The translations under genes and the position numbers were made by a program. Of a DNA stretch of 64,000 bases, positions 33,324-46,321 are shown one piece after another. Numbering within the stretch: position 1 is the stretch's first letter; every line of letters begins with the position of its first letter. The notes under the pieces are model-generated. The model worked only from the letters and a program-made list of their open reading frames with translations, had not been told where the DNA came from and ran no database searches. Source of the DNA: Escherichia coli O157:H7 (GTDB taxonomy: Bacteria; Pseudomonadota; Gammaproteobacteria; Enterobacterales; Enterobacteriaceae); the NCBI RefSeq assembly GCF_013167455.1, contig NZ_CP038328.1; one strand, given 5' to 3'.

Positions 33324-34373
33324 TTATGCGATGACGCTTTGAATCACATAGTTAATCGCACCACCACCAACAATCAGCCAGGCAAACAGTACCAGTGCCA
33401 TCAGCAGAGGTTTCGCCCCAGCTTTTTTCAGCGCGCTGACGTGAGTGGTCAGACCCAGCGCCGCCATCGCCATTGCCAGCAGGAAGGTATCCAGCGTTAC
33501 CAGCATGTTCACCACGCTCTGCGGTAACAGGTGGAACGAGTTAAAGATGGCAACTACGATGAACAAGATGGCAAACCACGGAATAGTGATTTTGCTTTTC
33601 TCGCCGCTGTTCGCCCCAGACAGCTGTTTAACACGCGCCGCCAGCAGGATGAGGAACGGAGCCAGCATCATCACGCGCAGCATTTTGGAAATAACTGCTG
33701 CGTTTTCCGCATCCGGGCTGATGGCATGACCTGCCGCCACCACCTGCGCCACTTCGTGCACAGTAGAACCAATGTAGATACCGAAAGTTTCCGGACTAAA
33801 CCATTGAGACATCAGCGGATATATCGCCGGGTAGAGGAAAATCGCGACGGTCCCGAAGATAACAACGGTTGCAACAGCCACGGTTACTTTACTGGCTTCC
33901 GCTTTCACTACCGGCTCAGTCGCCAGTACCGCGGCAGCACCACAGATACTGCTACCGGCACCGATCAACCAGCTGGTGTGCTTATCCAGACCAAACACTT
34001 TCTGCCCCAGGAAGCAAGCCAGCAGGAAGGTACTGGACAGCGTCAGCACGTCAATGATGATCCCACTGATACCGACATCGGCAATTTGCGAGAACGTCAG
34101 ACGGAAGCCATAAAGAATGATACCCAGACGTAATAAATATTGCTTGGCAAACAGCACACCACCGTCACAGCTTTTCCAGATGTGCGGATAGATGGTGTTG
34201 CCTAAAACCATCCCCAACAAGATTGCGAGGGTGAGGGCACTAAACCCGGCACCCGCAACCGCGGGAATGGAACCACCCCACAGGGCGACCCCGGTGATAA
34301 CTGCACTCAGGGCTAACCCCGGAATAAAATGCCACAGTGTACGATGTTGTTTCTGTAAGGTGATATTCGTCAT
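33324..34373 (-). CDS. yeiH: UPF0324 family inner membrane protein YeiH
   Basis: 349-aa multi-TM ORF divergent from a LysR regulator. Confidence 0.88.
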
Positions 34374-34471
34374 AACCCTCTCCTTTAACCGGGCATAAGG
34401 TTACGACTAACTGGTTTAAAAATAAAATTGATTATATATTTATAATTAATCTTTATAAGTGGTAAGCGACT

Positions 34472-35353
34472 ATGCACATCACCCTCCGGCAGTTGGAAGT
34501 TTTTGCAGAAGTATTGAAAAGTGGATCAACCACCCAAGCGTCGGTGATGCTGGCGTTGTCGCAATCAGCAGTGAGCGCAGCCTTGACCGACCTGGAAGGG
34601 CAGCTTGGCGTGCAACTGTTTGATCGCGTGGGGAAAAGACTGGTTGTTAATGAACACGGGCGGCTGCTCTATCCGCGTGCGTTGGCATTGCTTGAACAGG
34701 CGGTTGAAATCGAACAACTGTTTCGCGAAGACAACGGCGCGATTCGTATCTATGCCAGTAGTACCATCGGTAACTACATTCTGCCTGCAGTTATCGCCCG
34801 TTATCGCCATGATTATCCGCAGTTGCCGATTGAACTTAGCGTTGGGAATAGCCAGGACGTGATGCAAGCGGTGCTGGATTTCCGCGTTGATATTGGCTTT
34901 ATTGAAGGACCGTGCCACAGCACTGAAATCATTTCTGAACCGTGGCTGGAAGACGAGCTGGTGGTTTTCGCCGCGCCGACTTCGCCGTTGGCCCGTGGTC
35001 CGGTCACCTTAGAACAGCTGGCCGCTGCGCCGTGGATCCTGCGTGAACGCGGTTCCGGCACGCGGGAGATTGTCGATTATCTGTTGCTGTCACATTTACC
35101 GAAGTTTGAGATGGCGATGGAATTAGGTAACTCCGAGGCAATCAAACATGCGGTGCGTCATGGGTTGGGAATTAGTTGCCTGTCGCGACGTGTGATTGAA
35201 GATCAATTGCAGGCAGGCACATTAAGTGAAGTTGCGGTCCCTCTGCCGCGCCTGATGCGTACGTTGTGGCGTATACATCATCGGCAAAAACACCTTTCCA
35301 ACGCGCTACGGCGCTTTCTGGACTATTGCGATCCCGCAAATGTGCCGCGTTAA
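34472..35353 (+). CDS. yeiE: LysR-family transcriptional regulator YeiE
   Basis: 293-aa ORF with N-terminal HTH ([24 protein letters not shown]). Confidence 0.88.
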
Positions 35354-35557
35354 GTTGCTGTACAAGAACATGCTGGTGCTGTGTCGATTTCGTGACGCAG
35401 CGCCTTCAGCATGCATTCGCCAGAAAAGAGATTGGCTGCTTTACTTATAATCCCTGGGCGATCATGAAGGTGTCTTATAACCGTGTATTTCTGCCGGAAG
35501 GATTGCCAATCGTCTGCTACAATCGCGCCTCATTTTTTAGATGGATAGCATTTTTGT

Positions 35558-37027
35558 ATGGTTTCCGAAACTAAAACCACAGAAGCGCCGGGCTTACGCC
35601 GTGAATTAAAGGCGCGTCACCTGACGATGATTGCCATTGGCGGTTCCATCGGTACAGGTCTTTTTGTTGCCTCTGGCGCAACGATTTCTCAGGCAGGTCC
35701 GGGCGGGGCATTGCTCTCGTATATGTTGATTGGCCTGATGGTTTACTTCCTGATGACCAGTCTCGGTGAACTGGCTGCATATATGCCGGTTTCCGGTTCG
35801 TTTGCCACTTACGGTCAGAACTATGTTGAAGAGGGCTTTGGCTTCGCGCTGGGCTGGAACTACTGGTACAACTGGGCGGTGACTATTGCCGTTGACCTGG
35901 TTGCAGCTCAGCTGGTCATGAGCTGGTGGTTCCCGGATACACCGGGCTGGATCTGGAGTGCGTTGTTCCTCGGCGTTATCTTCCTGCTGAACTACATCTC
36001 TGTTCGCGGCTTTGGTGAAGCGGAATACTGGTTCTCACTGATCAAAGTCACGACAGTTATTGTCTTTATCATCGTTGGCGTGCTGATGATTATCGGTATC
36101 TTCAAAGGCGCGCAGCCTGCGGGCTGGAGCAACTGGACAATCGGCGAAGCGCCGTTTGCTGGTGGTTTTGCGGCGATGATCGGCGTAGCTATGATTGTCG
36201 GCTTCTCTTTCCAGGGAACCGAGCTGATCGGTATTGCTGCAGGCGAGTCCGAAGATCCGGGGAAAAACATTCCACGCGCGGTACGTCAGGTGTTCTGGCG
36301 AATCCTGTTGTTCTATGTGTTCGCGATCCTGATTATCAGCCTGATTATTCCGTACACCGATCCGAGCCTGCTGCGTAACGATGTTAAAGACATCAGCGTT
36401 AGTCCGTTCACCCTGGTGTTCCAGCACGCGGGTCTGCTCTCTGCTGCGGCGGTGATGAACGCAGTTATTCTGACGGCGGTGCTGTCAGCGGGTAACTCCG
36501 GTATGTATGCGTCTACTCGTATGCTGTACACCCTGGCGTGTGACGGTAAAGCGCCGCGCATTTTCGCTAAACTGTCGCGTGGTGGCGTGCCGCGTAATGC
36601 GCTGTATGCGACGACGGTGATTGCCGGTCTGTGCTTCCTGACCTCCATGTTTGGCAACCAGACGGTATACCTGTGGCTGCTGAATACCTCCGGGATGACC
36701 GGTTTTATCGCCTGGCTGGGGATTGCCATTAGCCACTATCGCTTCCGTCGCGGTTACGTATTGCAGGGACACGACATTAACGATCTGCCGTACCGTTCAG
36801 GTTTCTTCCCATTGGGGCCGATCTTCGCATTCATTCTGTGTCTGATTATCACTTTGGGCCAGAACTACGAAGCGTTCCTGAAAGATACCATTGACTGGGG
36901 CGGCGTAGCGGCAACGTATATTGGTATCCCGCTGTTCCTGATTATTTGGTTCGGCTACAAGCTGATTAAAGGAACCCACTTCGTACGCTACAGCGAAATG
37001 AAGTTCCCGCAGAACGATAAGAAATAA
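35558..37027 (+). CDS. lysP: Lysine-specific permease (APC family)
   Basis: 489-aa amino acid permease ORF MVSETKTTEAPGLRRELKARHLTMIAIGGSIGTGLF. Confidence 0.93.
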   Translation: MVSETKTTEAPGLRRELKARHLTMIAIGGSIGTGLFVASGATISQAGPGGALLSYMLIGLMVYFLMTSLGELAAYMPVSGSFATYGQNYVEEGFGFALGWNYWYNWAVTIAVDLVAAQLVMSWWFPDTPGWIWSALFLGVIFLLNYISVRGFGEAEYWFSLIKVTTVIVFIIVGVLMIIGIFKGAQPAGWSNWTIGEAPFAGGFAAMIGVAMIVGFSFQGTELIGIAAGESEDPGKNIPRAVRQVFWRILLFYVFAILIISLIIPYTDPSLLRNDVKDISVSPFTLVFQHAGLLSAAAVMNAVILTAVLSAGNSGMYASTRMLYTLACDGKAPRIFAKLSRGGVPRNALYATTVIAGLCFLTSMFGNQTVYLWLLNTSGMTGFIAWLGIAISHYRFRRGYVLQGHDINDLPYRSGFFPLGPIFAFILCLIITLGQNYEAFLKDTIDWGGVAATYIGIPLFLIIWFGYKLIKGTHFVRYSEMKFPQNDKK

Positions 37028-37045
37028 GTTTCTCCCTTCCTTGCT

Positions 37046-37073
37046 AAGCCCTCTCAACCGAGAGGGCTTTTTC
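37046..37073 (+). terminator. Rho-independent terminator downstream of lysP
   Basis: aagccctctc-aacc-gagagggctt followed by tttt. Confidence 0.75.
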
Positions 37074-37120
37074 AATTCCATTTCCCTGACAAATCATGCG
37101 GATATAAAATTTAACATTTG

Positions 37121-37155
37121 GATTGATAATTGTTATCGTTTGCATTATCGTTACG
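37121..37155 (+). promoter_or_regulatory. Fur box(es) in the cirA promoter
   Basis: gattgataattgttatcgtttgcattatcgtta contains overlapping GATAAT/ATTATC hexamers matching the Fur consensus, about 170 bp upstream of cirA. Confidence 0.6.
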
Positions 37156-37318
37156 CCGCAATCAAAAAAGGCTGACAAATCAGAGGCTGGTCCGGCTTTC
37201 TGGGATGATCACCTGCATACAAATAAGTCCACCGCGATGCTGCCGTACGCAAGGGGACGTGAAGAAGATGTGAGCGATAACCCATTTTATTTTCGTAGTT
37301 ACCTCATGGAGATATGGA

Positions 37319-39298
37319 ATGTTTAGGTTGAACCCTTTCGTACGGGTCGGGCTGTGTTTGTCCGCTATTTCTTGTGCATGGCCTGTGTTAGCGGTCGATG
37401 ACGATGGCGAAACGATGGTTGTCACTGCATCTTCCGTTGAACAAAACCTTAAAGATGCACCCGCCAGTATCAGCGTCATTACCCAGGAAGACCTGCAGCG
37501 AAAACCGGTACAGAATCTGAAGGATGTCCTCAAAGAAGTGCCTGGCGTACAACTGACGAACGAAGGGGATAACCGTAAGGGCGTTAGTATTCGTGGTCTG
37601 GACAGCAGCTACACCCTGATTCTTGTCGACGGTAAACGCGTTAACTCCCGCAATGCCGTCTTCCGCCACAATGATTTCGATCTGAACTGGATCCCGGTCG
37701 ATTCCATCGAACGTATTGAAGTGGTCCGTGGCCCGATGTCGTCGCTGTACGGTTCCGATGCGCTCGGCGGTGTAGTGAATATCATCACCAAAAAAATCGG
37801 TCAGAAATGGTCGGGTACCGTTACCGTCGATACCACCATTCAGGAACATCGCGATCGCGGTGATACCTATAACGGTCAGTTCTTTACCAGTGGACCATTA
37901 ATTGATGGTGTGCTGGGAATGAAAGCTTACGGCAGCCTGGCAAAACGTGAAAAGGATGACCCGCAAAACTCAACGACCACCGATACCGGAGAAACGCCGC
38001 GTATTGAAGGATTCTCCAGCCGCGACGGCAATGTCGAATTTGCCTGGACACCGAATCAAAATCACGATTTTACTGCCGGATACGGTTTCGACCGTCAGGA
38101 TCGTGATTCCGACTCGCTGGACAAAAACCGCCTGGAACGCCAGAACTACTCCGTCAGCCATAATGGGCGTTGGGATTACGGCACCAGCGAACTGAAATAC
38201 TACGGTGAGAAAGTCGAGAACAAAAACCCTGGCAACAGCAGCCCGATAACTTCCGAAAGCAATACGGTCGACGGCAAATACACGTTGCCGCTGACGGCGA
38301 TTAATCAGTTTCTCACGGTTGGCGGTGAATGGCGTCACGACAAACTTAGCGATGCGGTGAACCTGACCGGGGGAACCAGCTCCAAAACGTCTGCCAGCCA
38401 GTACGCGCTGTTTGTGGAAGATGAATGGCGGATCTTCGAGCCGCTGGCGCTGACGACCGGCGTGCGTATGGACGATCACGAAACCTACGGTGAACACTGG
38501 AGTCCGCGTGCCTACCTGGTTTATAACGCCACCGACACCGTAACGGTGAAAGGGGGCTGGGCGACGGCATTTAAAGCACCTTCTCTGTTGCAACTTAGCC
38601 CTGACTGGACGAGCAATTCCTGCCGTGGCGCATGTAAGATTGTGGGTAGCCCGGATCTGAAACCAGAAACCAGCGAAAGTTGGGAGCTGGGGCTTTACTA
38701 CATGGGTGAAGAAGGCTGGCTGGAAGGGGTTGAATCCAGCGTTACCGTTTTCCGTAACGATGTGAAAGATCGTATCAGCATCAGCCGTACGTCTGACGTC
38801 AATGCTGCACCGGGCTACCAAAACTTTGTTGGTTTTACAGCGAACGGTGTGCCGGTATTTAGCTACTACAACGTTAACAAAGCACGTATTCAGGGCGTGG
38901 AAACCGAGCTGAAAATTCCGTTCAACGATGAATGGAAACTGTCACTCAACTACACCTACAACGATGGTCGTGATGTCAGCAACGGCGAAAACAAACCGCT
39001 ATCCGATCTGCCGTTCCATACCGCTAACGGTACGCTGGACTGGAAACCGCTGGCGCGGGAAGACTGGTCATTCTATGTTTCTGGTCACTATACCGGGCAG
39101 AAACGAGCCGACAGCGCGACGGCTAAAACACCGGGCGGTTATACCATCTGGAATACCGGCGCGGCCTGGCAGGTGACTAAAGACGTCAAACTGCGCGCAG
39201 GCGTGCTGAACCTTGGCGACAAGGATCTCAGTCGTGACGACTACAGCTATAACGAAGACGGACGTCGTTACTTTATGGCAGTGGATTATCGCTTCTGA
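37319..39298 (+). CDS. cirA: TonB-dependent catecholate siderophore/colicin I receptor
   Basis: 659-aa ORF with signal peptide, TonB box (ETMVVTAS) and C-terminal terminal Phe (YRF). Confidence 0.93.
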   Translation: MFRLNPFVRVGLCLSAISCAWPVLAVDDDGETMVVTASSVEQNLKDAPASISVITQEDLQRKPVQNLKDVLKEVPGVQLTNEGDNRKGVSIRGLDSSYTLILVDGKRVNSRNAVFRHNDFDLNWIPVDSIERIEVVRGPMSSLYGSDALGGVVNIITKKIGQKWSGTVTVDTTIQEHRDRGDTYNGQFFTSGPLIDGVLGMKAYGSLAKREKDDPQNSTTTDTGETPRIEGFSSRDGNVEFAWTPNQNHDFTAGYGFDRQDRDSDSLDKNRLERQNYSVSHNGRWDYGTSELKYYGEKVENKNPGNSSPITSESNTVDGKYTLPLTAINQFLTVGGEWRHDKLSDAVNLTGGTSSKTSASQYALFVEDEWRIFEPLALTTGVRMDDHETYGEHWSPRAYLVYNATDTVTVKGGWATAFKAPSLLQLSPDWTSNSCRGACKIVGSPDLKPETSESWELGLYYMGEEGWLEGVESSVTVFRNDVKDRISISRTSDVNAAPGYQNFVGFTANGVPVFSYYNVNKARIQGVETELKIPFNDEWKLSLNYTYNDGRDVSNGENKPLSDLPFHTANGTLDWKPLAREDWSFYVSGHYTGQKRADSATAKTPGGYTIWNTGAAWQVTKDVKLRAGVLNLGDKDLSRDDYSYNEDGRRYFMAVDYRF

Positions 39299-39329
39299 TG
39301 AGAAGATGCCCGGCGAACCGGGCGGACTT

Positions 39330-40199
<870 letters not shown>

Positions 40200-40423
40200 T
40201 CATCATACCGTTTATTCAATGTGCTGTGAGTAACTTTCACTTCCGTATTTGCATAACGATGTTTTAACATCTGCTGATGAAAGGCAGCGGCAATTACAAT
40301 AATTATCGCTGTGAATACTGGATTATGTGCGCCGCCTCACGCACAATAATCAGGCTGTAAATCAGCTTAATAACTTTGCCCCCACGCAGGGCGGAGGCGT
40401 CACACCTGCAGGAGAAATCATAA

Positions 40424-41092
40424 ATGCCATCACTCAGTAAAGAAGCGGCCCTGGTTCATGAAGCGTTAGTTGCGCGAGGACTGGAAACACCGCTGCGCCC
40501 GCCCGTGCATGAAATGGATAACGAAACGCGCAAAAGCCTTATTGCTGGTCATATGACCGAAATCATGCAGCTGCTGAATCTCGACCTGGCTGATGACAGT
40601 TTGATGGAAACGCCGCATCGCATCGCTAAAATGTATGTCGATGAAATTTTCTCCGGTCTGGATTACGCCAACTTCCCGAAAATCACCCTCATTGAAAACA
40701 AAATGAAGGTCGATGAAATGGTCACCGTGCGCGATATCACTCTGACCAGTACCTGTGAACACCATTTTGTTACCATCGATGGCAAAGCGACGGTGGCTTA
40801 TATCCCGAAAGATTCGGTGATCGGTCTGTCAAAAATTAACCGTATTGTGCAGTTCTTTGCCCAGCGTCCGCAGGTGCAGGAACGTCTGACGCAGCAAATT
40901 CTCATTGCGCTACAAACGCTGCTGGGCACCAATAACGTGGCTGTCTCTATCGACGCGGTGCATTATTGCGTGAAGGCGCGTGGCATCCGCGATGCAACCA
41001 GTGCCACGACAACGACCTCTCTTGGTGGATTGTTCAAATCCAGTCAGAATACGCGCCACGAGTTTCTGCGCGCTGTGCGTCATCACAACTGA
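40424..41092 (+). CDS. folE: GTP cyclohydrolase I
   Basis: 222-aa [27 protein letters not shown]... with CEHH motif. Confidence 0.93.
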
Positions 41093-41108
41093 TTTAAAGG
41101 CAGGAACC

Positions 41109-42266
41109 ATGGAGCGCAACGTCACGCTCGACTTTGTTCGCGGCGTTGCCATTCTGGGGATCCTGCTATTAAACATCAGCGCCTTTGGGCTACCAAAGGC
41201 GGCTTATCTTAATCCCGCCTGGTACGGCGCTATTACGCCGCAGGATGCATGGACCTGGGCATTTCTCGATCTCATCGGCCAGGTGAAATTCCTCACGCTT
41301 TTTGCGCTGCTGTTTGGTGCTGGCCTGCAAATGTTGCTGCCCCGTGGCAGACGCTGGATCCAGTCGCGGTTAACGCTGTTAGTCTTGCTGGGCTTTATTC
41401 ACGGTTTATTGTTCTGGGACGGCGATATTCTGCTGGCTTACGGGCTGGTGGGCTTAATCTGCTGGCGGCTGGTGCGCGATGCGCCATCGGTAAAAAGCCT
41501 TTTTAATACCGGCGTCATGCTTTATCTGGTGGGGCTTGGCGTTTTGCTGTTATTGGGGTTGATTTCCGATAGCCAGACTAGCCGCGCCTGGACGCCGGAT
41601 GCATCGGCTATTTTATATGAAAAATACTGGAAGCTTCACGGCGGCGTTGAAGCGATCAGTAATCGTGCCGATGGTGTTGGGAACAGTTTATTGGCACTGG
41701 GCGCACAGTATGGCTGGCAACTGGCTGGGATGATGCTCATTGGTGCCGCATTGATGCGCAGTGGCTGGCTGAAAGGGCAGTTCAGCTTACGTCACTATCG
41801 TCGTACTGGTTTTGTGCTAGTGGCGATTGGGGTGATCATTAACCTTCCTGCCATCGCCCTGCAATGGCAGCTGGACTGGGCGTATCGCTGGTGTGCCTTC
41901 TTACTTCAAATGCCGCGGGAACTGAGTGCGCCGTTTCAGGCGATTGGCTATGCGTCGCTGTTTTATGGCTTCTGGCCGCAATTGAGCCGCTTTAAGCTGG
42001 TGCTGGCGATCGCCTGCGTCGGACGGATGGCGCTGACCAACTATCTATTGCAAACGCTGATTTGTACCACGCTTTTTTACCACCTCGGTCTGTTTATGCA
42101 GTTTGACCGTCTGGAATTGCTGGCGTTTGTTATTCCGGTATGGCTGGCGAATATTCTCTTCTCTGTTATCTGGCTGCGTTACTTCCGCCAGGGGCCGGTG
42201 GAATGGCTCTGGCGTCAGTTAACTTTGCGTGCTGCCGGACCGGCAATATCTAAAACATCAAGATAA
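41109..42266 (+). CDS. yeiB: DUF418-family inner membrane protein YeiB
   Basis: 385-aa multi-TM product from MERNVTLDFVRG; track ORF (428 aa) is extended into folE. Confidence 0.85.
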   Translation: MERNVTLDFVRGVAILGILLLNISAFGLPKAAYLNPAWYGAITPQDAWTWAFLDLIGQVKFLTLFALLFGAGLQMLLPRGRRWIQSRLTLLVLLGFIHGLLFWDGDILLAYGLVGLICWRLVRDAPSVKSLFNTGVMLYLVGLGVLLLLGLISDSQTSRAWTPDASAILYEKYWKLHGGVEAISNRADGVGNSLLALGAQYGWQLAGMMLIGAALMRSGWLKGQFSLRHYRRTGFVLVAIGVIINLPAIALQWQLDWAYRWCAFLLQMPRELSAPFQAIGYASLFYGFWPQLSRFKLVLAIACVGRMALTNYLLQTLICTTLFYHLGLFMQFDRLELLAFVIPVWLANILFSVIWLRYFRQGPVEWLWRQLTLRAAGPAISKTSR

Positions 42267-42314
42267 CGATCTGGATCACATTCGTTAACAAAACGGCTGT
42301 AACCGTTTCCATTG

Positions 42315-42330
42315 CTGTGACTCGATTCAC
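42315..42330 (+). promoter_or_regulatory. Putative CRP site upstream of galS
   Basis: tgtgactcgattcacg resembles TGTGA-N6-TCACA about 80 bp upstream of galS; a gal-operator-like ctgtaaccgtttccat lies just upstream. Confidence 0.45.
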
Positions 42331-42407
42331 GAAGTCCTGTATTCAGTGCTGACAAAATAGCCGGCAGCAAGCAGTCATTTACTGCAATCTCATAACAGGT
42401 AGTGAAT

Positions 42408-43448
42408 ATGATCACCATTCGTGATGTAGCGCGTCAGGCTGGCGTCTCTGTGGCAACGGTTTCCCGGGTGCTCAATAACAGCACGCTGGTCAGTGCCGAC
42501 ACGCGTGAAGCAGTAATGAAAGCCGTGAGTGAGCTGGATTATCGGCCAAACGCCAATGCCCAGGCGCTGGCAACTCAGGTTAGCGACACCATTGGCGTGG
42601 TGGTGATGGACGTTTCTGATGCGTTTTTCGGCGCGCTGGTAAAAGCGGTGGATCTGGTCGCTCAGCAGCATCAGAAATACGTGCTAATCGGCAATAGCTA
42701 TCATGAAGCGGAAAAAGAGCGTCACGCCATTGAGGTGTTAATTCGCCAGCGTTGTAATGCGTTGATTGTTCACTCAAAAGCATTGAGTGACGATGAACTG
42801 GCGCAATTTATGGATAACATTCCCGGTATGGTGTTAATCAACCGCGTTGTGCCGGGGTACACCCATCGTTGCGTTTGCCTGGATAATCTCAGCGGTGCCC
42901 GAATGGCGACGCGCATGTTGCTGAATAACGGTCATCAACGTATTGGTTATCTTTCTTCCAGCCACGGCATTGAAGATGACGCCATGCGTAAAGCAGGCTG
43001 GATGAGTGCGTTGAAAGAGCAGGATATTATTCCGCCGGAAAGCTGGATTGGCACTGGTACGCCGGACATGCCGGGCGGTGAGGCGGCGATGGTTGAACTG
43101 CTGGGGCGCAATCTACAACTTACCGCTGTATTTGCTTATAACGACAATATGGCTGCTGGCGCACTGACAGCATTAAAAGATAATGGCATTGCGATTCCGT
43201 TACATCTCTCAATCATCGGTTTCGATGATATTCCCATCGCCCGTTACACCGACCCGCAATTAACGACCGTGCGTTATCCCATTGCTTCAATGGCGAAATT
43301 AGCCACCGAACTGGCCTTGCAGGGGGCAGCAGGCAATATTGATCCTCGTGCCAGCCACTGTTTTATGCCGACGTTAGTGCGTCGCCATTCTGTCGCAACA
43401 CGCCAGAATGCGGCGGCGATCACTAACTCAACAAATCAGGCGATGTAA
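42408..43448 (+). CDS. galS: LacI-family galactose isorepressor GalS
   Basis: 346-aa [28 protein letters not shown]... Confidence 0.9.
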   Translation: MITIRDVARQAGVSVATVSRVLNNSTLVSADTREAVMKAVSELDYRPNANAQALATQVSDTIGVVVMDVSDAFFGALVKAVDLVAQQHQKYVLIGNSYHEAEKERHAIEVLIRQRCNALIVHSKALSDDELAQFMDNIPGMVLINRVVPGYTHRCVCLDNLSGARMATRMLLNNGHQRIGYLSSSHGIEDDAMRKAGWMSALKEQDIIPPESWIGTGTPDMPGGEAAMVELLGRNLQLTAVFAYNDNMAAGALTALKDNGIAIPLHLSIIGFDDIPIARYTDPQLTTVRYPIASMAKLATELALQGAAGNIDPRASHCFMPTLVRRHSVATRQNAAAITNSTNQAM

Positions 43449-43460
43449 CCGCTTTCAATC

Positions 43461-43476
43461 TGTGAGTGATTTCACA
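43461..43476 (+). promoter_or_regulatory. CRP binding site in the mglBAC promoter, with adjacent gal-operator-like site
   Basis: tgtgagtgatttcaca is a near-perfect CRP palindrome; immediately upstream atgtaaccgctttcaat resembles a GalR/GalS operator. Confidence 0.65.
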
Positions 43477-43726
43477 GTATCTTAACAATGTGATAGCTAT
43501 GATTGCACCGTTTTAACGTTGTAACCCGTATGTAACAGTGAATAATCACTTTCACCGAGGTAATGCGTCATAACAACAATTAAAGCCGTTTTCTGGAGCG
43601 TTACCGGGCATGGAAGAACGAATTTTAAAAAGTGAGCTTCGGCGTTCAGTAACACTTCATTAACTCTACTGCCCCGCCGAGCATTTATCTCAAGCACTAC
43701 CCTGCATAAGAAAAACCGGAGATACC

Positions 43727-44725
43727 ATGAATAAGAAGGTGTTAACCCTGTCTGCTGTGATGGCCAGCATGTTATTCGGTGCCACTGCACACGCTGCTGA
43801 TACTCGCATTGGTGTAACAATCTATAAGTACGACGATAACTTTATGTCTGTAGTGCGCAAGGCTATTGAGCAAGATGCGAAAGCCGCGCCAGATGTTCAG
43901 CTGCTGATGAATGATTCACAGAATGACCAGTCCAAGCAGAACGATCAGATCGACGTATTGCTGGCGAAAGGGGTGAAGGCACTGGCAATCAACCTGGTTG
44001 ACCCGGCAGCTGCGGGTACGGTGATTGAGAAAGCGCGTGGGCAAAATGTGCCGGTGGTATTCTTTAACAAAGAACCGTCTCGTAAGGCGCTGGATAGCTA
44101 CGACAAAGCCTACTACGTTGGCACTGACTCCAAAGAGTCCGGCATTATTCAAGGCGATTTGATTGCTAAACACTGGGCGGCGAATCAGGGTTGGGATCTG
44201 AATAAAGACGGTCAGATTCAATTCGTACTGCTGAAAGGTGAACCGGGCCATCCGGATGCAGAAGCACGTACCACTTACGTGATTAAAGAGCTGAACGACA
44301 AAGGCATTAAAACTGAACAGTTACAGTTAGATACCGCTATGTGGGATACCGCTCAGGCGAAAGATAAGATGGACGCCTGGCTGTCTGGCCCGAACGCCAA
44401 CAAAATCGAAGTGGTTATCGCCAACAACGATGCGATGGCAATGGGCGCGGTAGAAGCACTGAAAGCACACAACAAGTCCAGCATTCCGGTGTTTGGCGTC
44501 GATGCTCTGCCAGAAGCGCTGGCGCTGGTGAAATCCGGTGCACTGGCGGGCACCGTACTGAACGATGCTAACAACCAGGCGAAAGCGACCTTTGATCTGG
44601 CGAAAAACCTGGCCGATGGTAAAGGTGCGGCTGATGGCACCAACTGGAAAATCGACAACAAAGTGGTCCGCGTACCTTATGTTGGCGTAGATAAAGACAA
44701 CCTGGCTGAATTCAGCAAGAAATAA
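43727..44725 (+). CDS. mglB: Periplasmic galactose/glucose-binding protein
   Basis: 332-aa ORF with signal peptide [23 protein letters not shown]. Confidence 0.93.
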   Translation: MNKKVLTLSAVMASMLFGATAHAADTRIGVTIYKYDDNFMSVVRKAIEQDAKAAPDVQLLMNDSQNDQSKQNDQIDVLLAKGVKALAINLVDPAAAGTVIEKARGQNVPVVFFNKEPSRKALDSYDKAYYVGTDSKESGIIQGDLIAKHWAANQGWDLNKDGQIQFVLLKGEPGHPDAEARTTYVIKELNDKGIKTEQLQLDTAMWDTAQAKDKMDAWLSGPNANKIEVVIANNDAMAMGAVEALKAHNKSSIPVFGVDALPEALALVKSGALAGTVLNDANNQAKATFDLAKNLADGKGAADGTNWKIDNKVVRVPYVGVDKDNLAEFSKK

Positions 44726-44733
44726 GACTGATT

Positions 44734-44757
44734 GGGCGCAGTCTATTACTGCGCCCT
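44734..44757 (+). other. Intercistronic stem-loop between mglB and mglA (likely mRNA-stabilising or partial-terminator hairpin)
   Basis: gggcgcagt-ctatt-actgcgccc perfect 9-bp stem. Confidence 0.5.
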
Positions 44758-44785
44758 TATTGTATGGCCAACAAGGTAAAATTAT

Positions 44786-46306
44786 ATGGTCAGCTCAACG
44801 ACTCCGTCTTCCGGGGAATACTTGTTGGAAATGAGCGGTATCAACAAGTCTTTTCCTGGTGTTAAGGCACTTGATAACGTTAATTTAAAAGTCCGGCCAC
44901 ATTCTATCCATGCATTAATGGGGGAAAACGGCGCAGGAAAATCAACATTATTAAAATGCCTGTTTGGTATTTATAAAAAAGACTCCGGCACCATTTTATT
45001 CCAGGGTAAAGAGATCGATTTCCATTCGGCCAAAGAAGCACTGGAAAATGGTATTTCGATGGTACACCAGGAGTTAAATCTGGTATTACAACGTTCGGTG
45101 ATGGACAACATGTGGCTTGGGCGATACCCCACCAAAGGCATGTTTGTCGATCAGGACAAAATGTACCGCGAAACCAAAGCGATTTTTGATGAACTGGATA
45201 TTGATATCGATCCGCGTGCGCGCGTCGGCACATTATCTGTTTCGCAAATGCAGATGATCGAAATCGCCAAAGCGTTTTCCTATAACGCGAAAATTGTGAT
45301 TATGGATGAACCGACTTCTTCGTTAACCGAAAAAGAGGTCAATCATCTGTTCACTATTATTCGTAAATTAAAAGAGCGCGGCTGCGGTATTGTTTATATC
45401 TCGCATAAAATGGAGGAAATCTTCCAGTTATGTGATGAAGTTACCGTATTGCGCGACGGTCAGTGGATCGCCACCGAACCGCTGGCAGGGCTGACGATGG
45501 ACAAGATTATCGCCATGATGGTTGGGCGTTCTCTTAACCAGCGTTTTCCTGACAAAGAAAACAAGCCGGGCGAAGTCATCCTCGAGGTACGTAACCTGAC
45601 GTCACTGCGCCAGCCGTCGATTCGCGATGTCTCGTTTGATCTGCATAAAGGGGAGATCCTCGGTATTGCCGGTCTGGTGGGGGCGAAACGTACCGATATT
45701 GTTGAGACGTTATTTGGTATTCGCGAGAAATCGGCTGGCACCATTACGTTGCACGGCAAAAAGATCAATAACCATAATGCCAACGAAGCCATAAACCACG
45801 GATTTGCACTGGTAACTGAGGAGCGCCGCTCAACGGGAATTTATGCCTATCTGGATATTGGTTTTAACTCGTTAATTTCCAATATTCGCAACTACAAAAA
45901 TAAAGTTGGTTTACTGGATAACTCGCGGATGAAAAGCGATACCCAGTGGGTGATTGATTCGATGCGGGTAAAAACACCGGGGCATCGGACGCAAATTGGT
46001 TCGCTCTCAGGTGGTAATCAGCAAAAGGTGATTATTGGGCGCTGGCTGTTAACGCAACCAGAAATATTAATGCTCGATGAACCGACGCGCGGTATTGATG
46101 TTGGGGCGAAGTTTGAGATTTATCAGTTAATTGCCGAACTGGCGAAGAAAGGCAAGGGGATTATTATTATCTCCTCTGAAATGCCAGAGTTGTTAGGGAT
46201 AACAGACCGTATTCTGGTTATGAGCAATGGCCTCGTTTCCGGAATTGTCGATACAAAAACAACAACGCAAAACGAAATTCTACGTCTTGCGTCTTTGCAC
46301 CTTTAA
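44786..46306 (+). CDS. mglA: Galactose/methyl-galactoside ABC transporter ATP-binding protein
   Basis: 506-aa duplicated ABC ATPase (GENGAGKST Walker A). Confidence 0.93.
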   Translation: MVSSTTPSSGEYLLEMSGINKSFPGVKALDNVNLKVRPHSIHALMGENGAGKSTLLKCLFGIYKKDSGTILFQGKEIDFHSAKEALENGISMVHQELNLVLQRSVMDNMWLGRYPTKGMFVDQDKMYRETKAIFDELDIDIDPRARVGTLSVSQMQMIEIAKAFSYNAKIVIMDEPTSSLTEKEVNHLFTIIRKLKERGCGIVYISHKMEEIFQLCDEVTVLRDGQWIATEPLAGLTMDKIIAMMVGRSLNQRFPDKENKPGEVILEVRNLTSLRQPSIRDVSFDLHKGEILGIAGLVGAKRTDIVETLFGIREKSAGTITLHGKKINNHNANEAINHGFALVTEERRSTGIYAYLDIGFNSLISNIRNYKNKVGLLDNSRMKSDTQWVIDSMRVKTPGHRTQIGSLSGGNQQKVIIGRWLLTQPEILMLDEPTRGIDVGAKFEIYQLIAELAKKGKGIIIISSEMPELLGITDRILVMSNGLVSGIVDTKTTTQNEILRLASLHL

Positions 46307-46321
46307 GATTAGGGGCTTCCC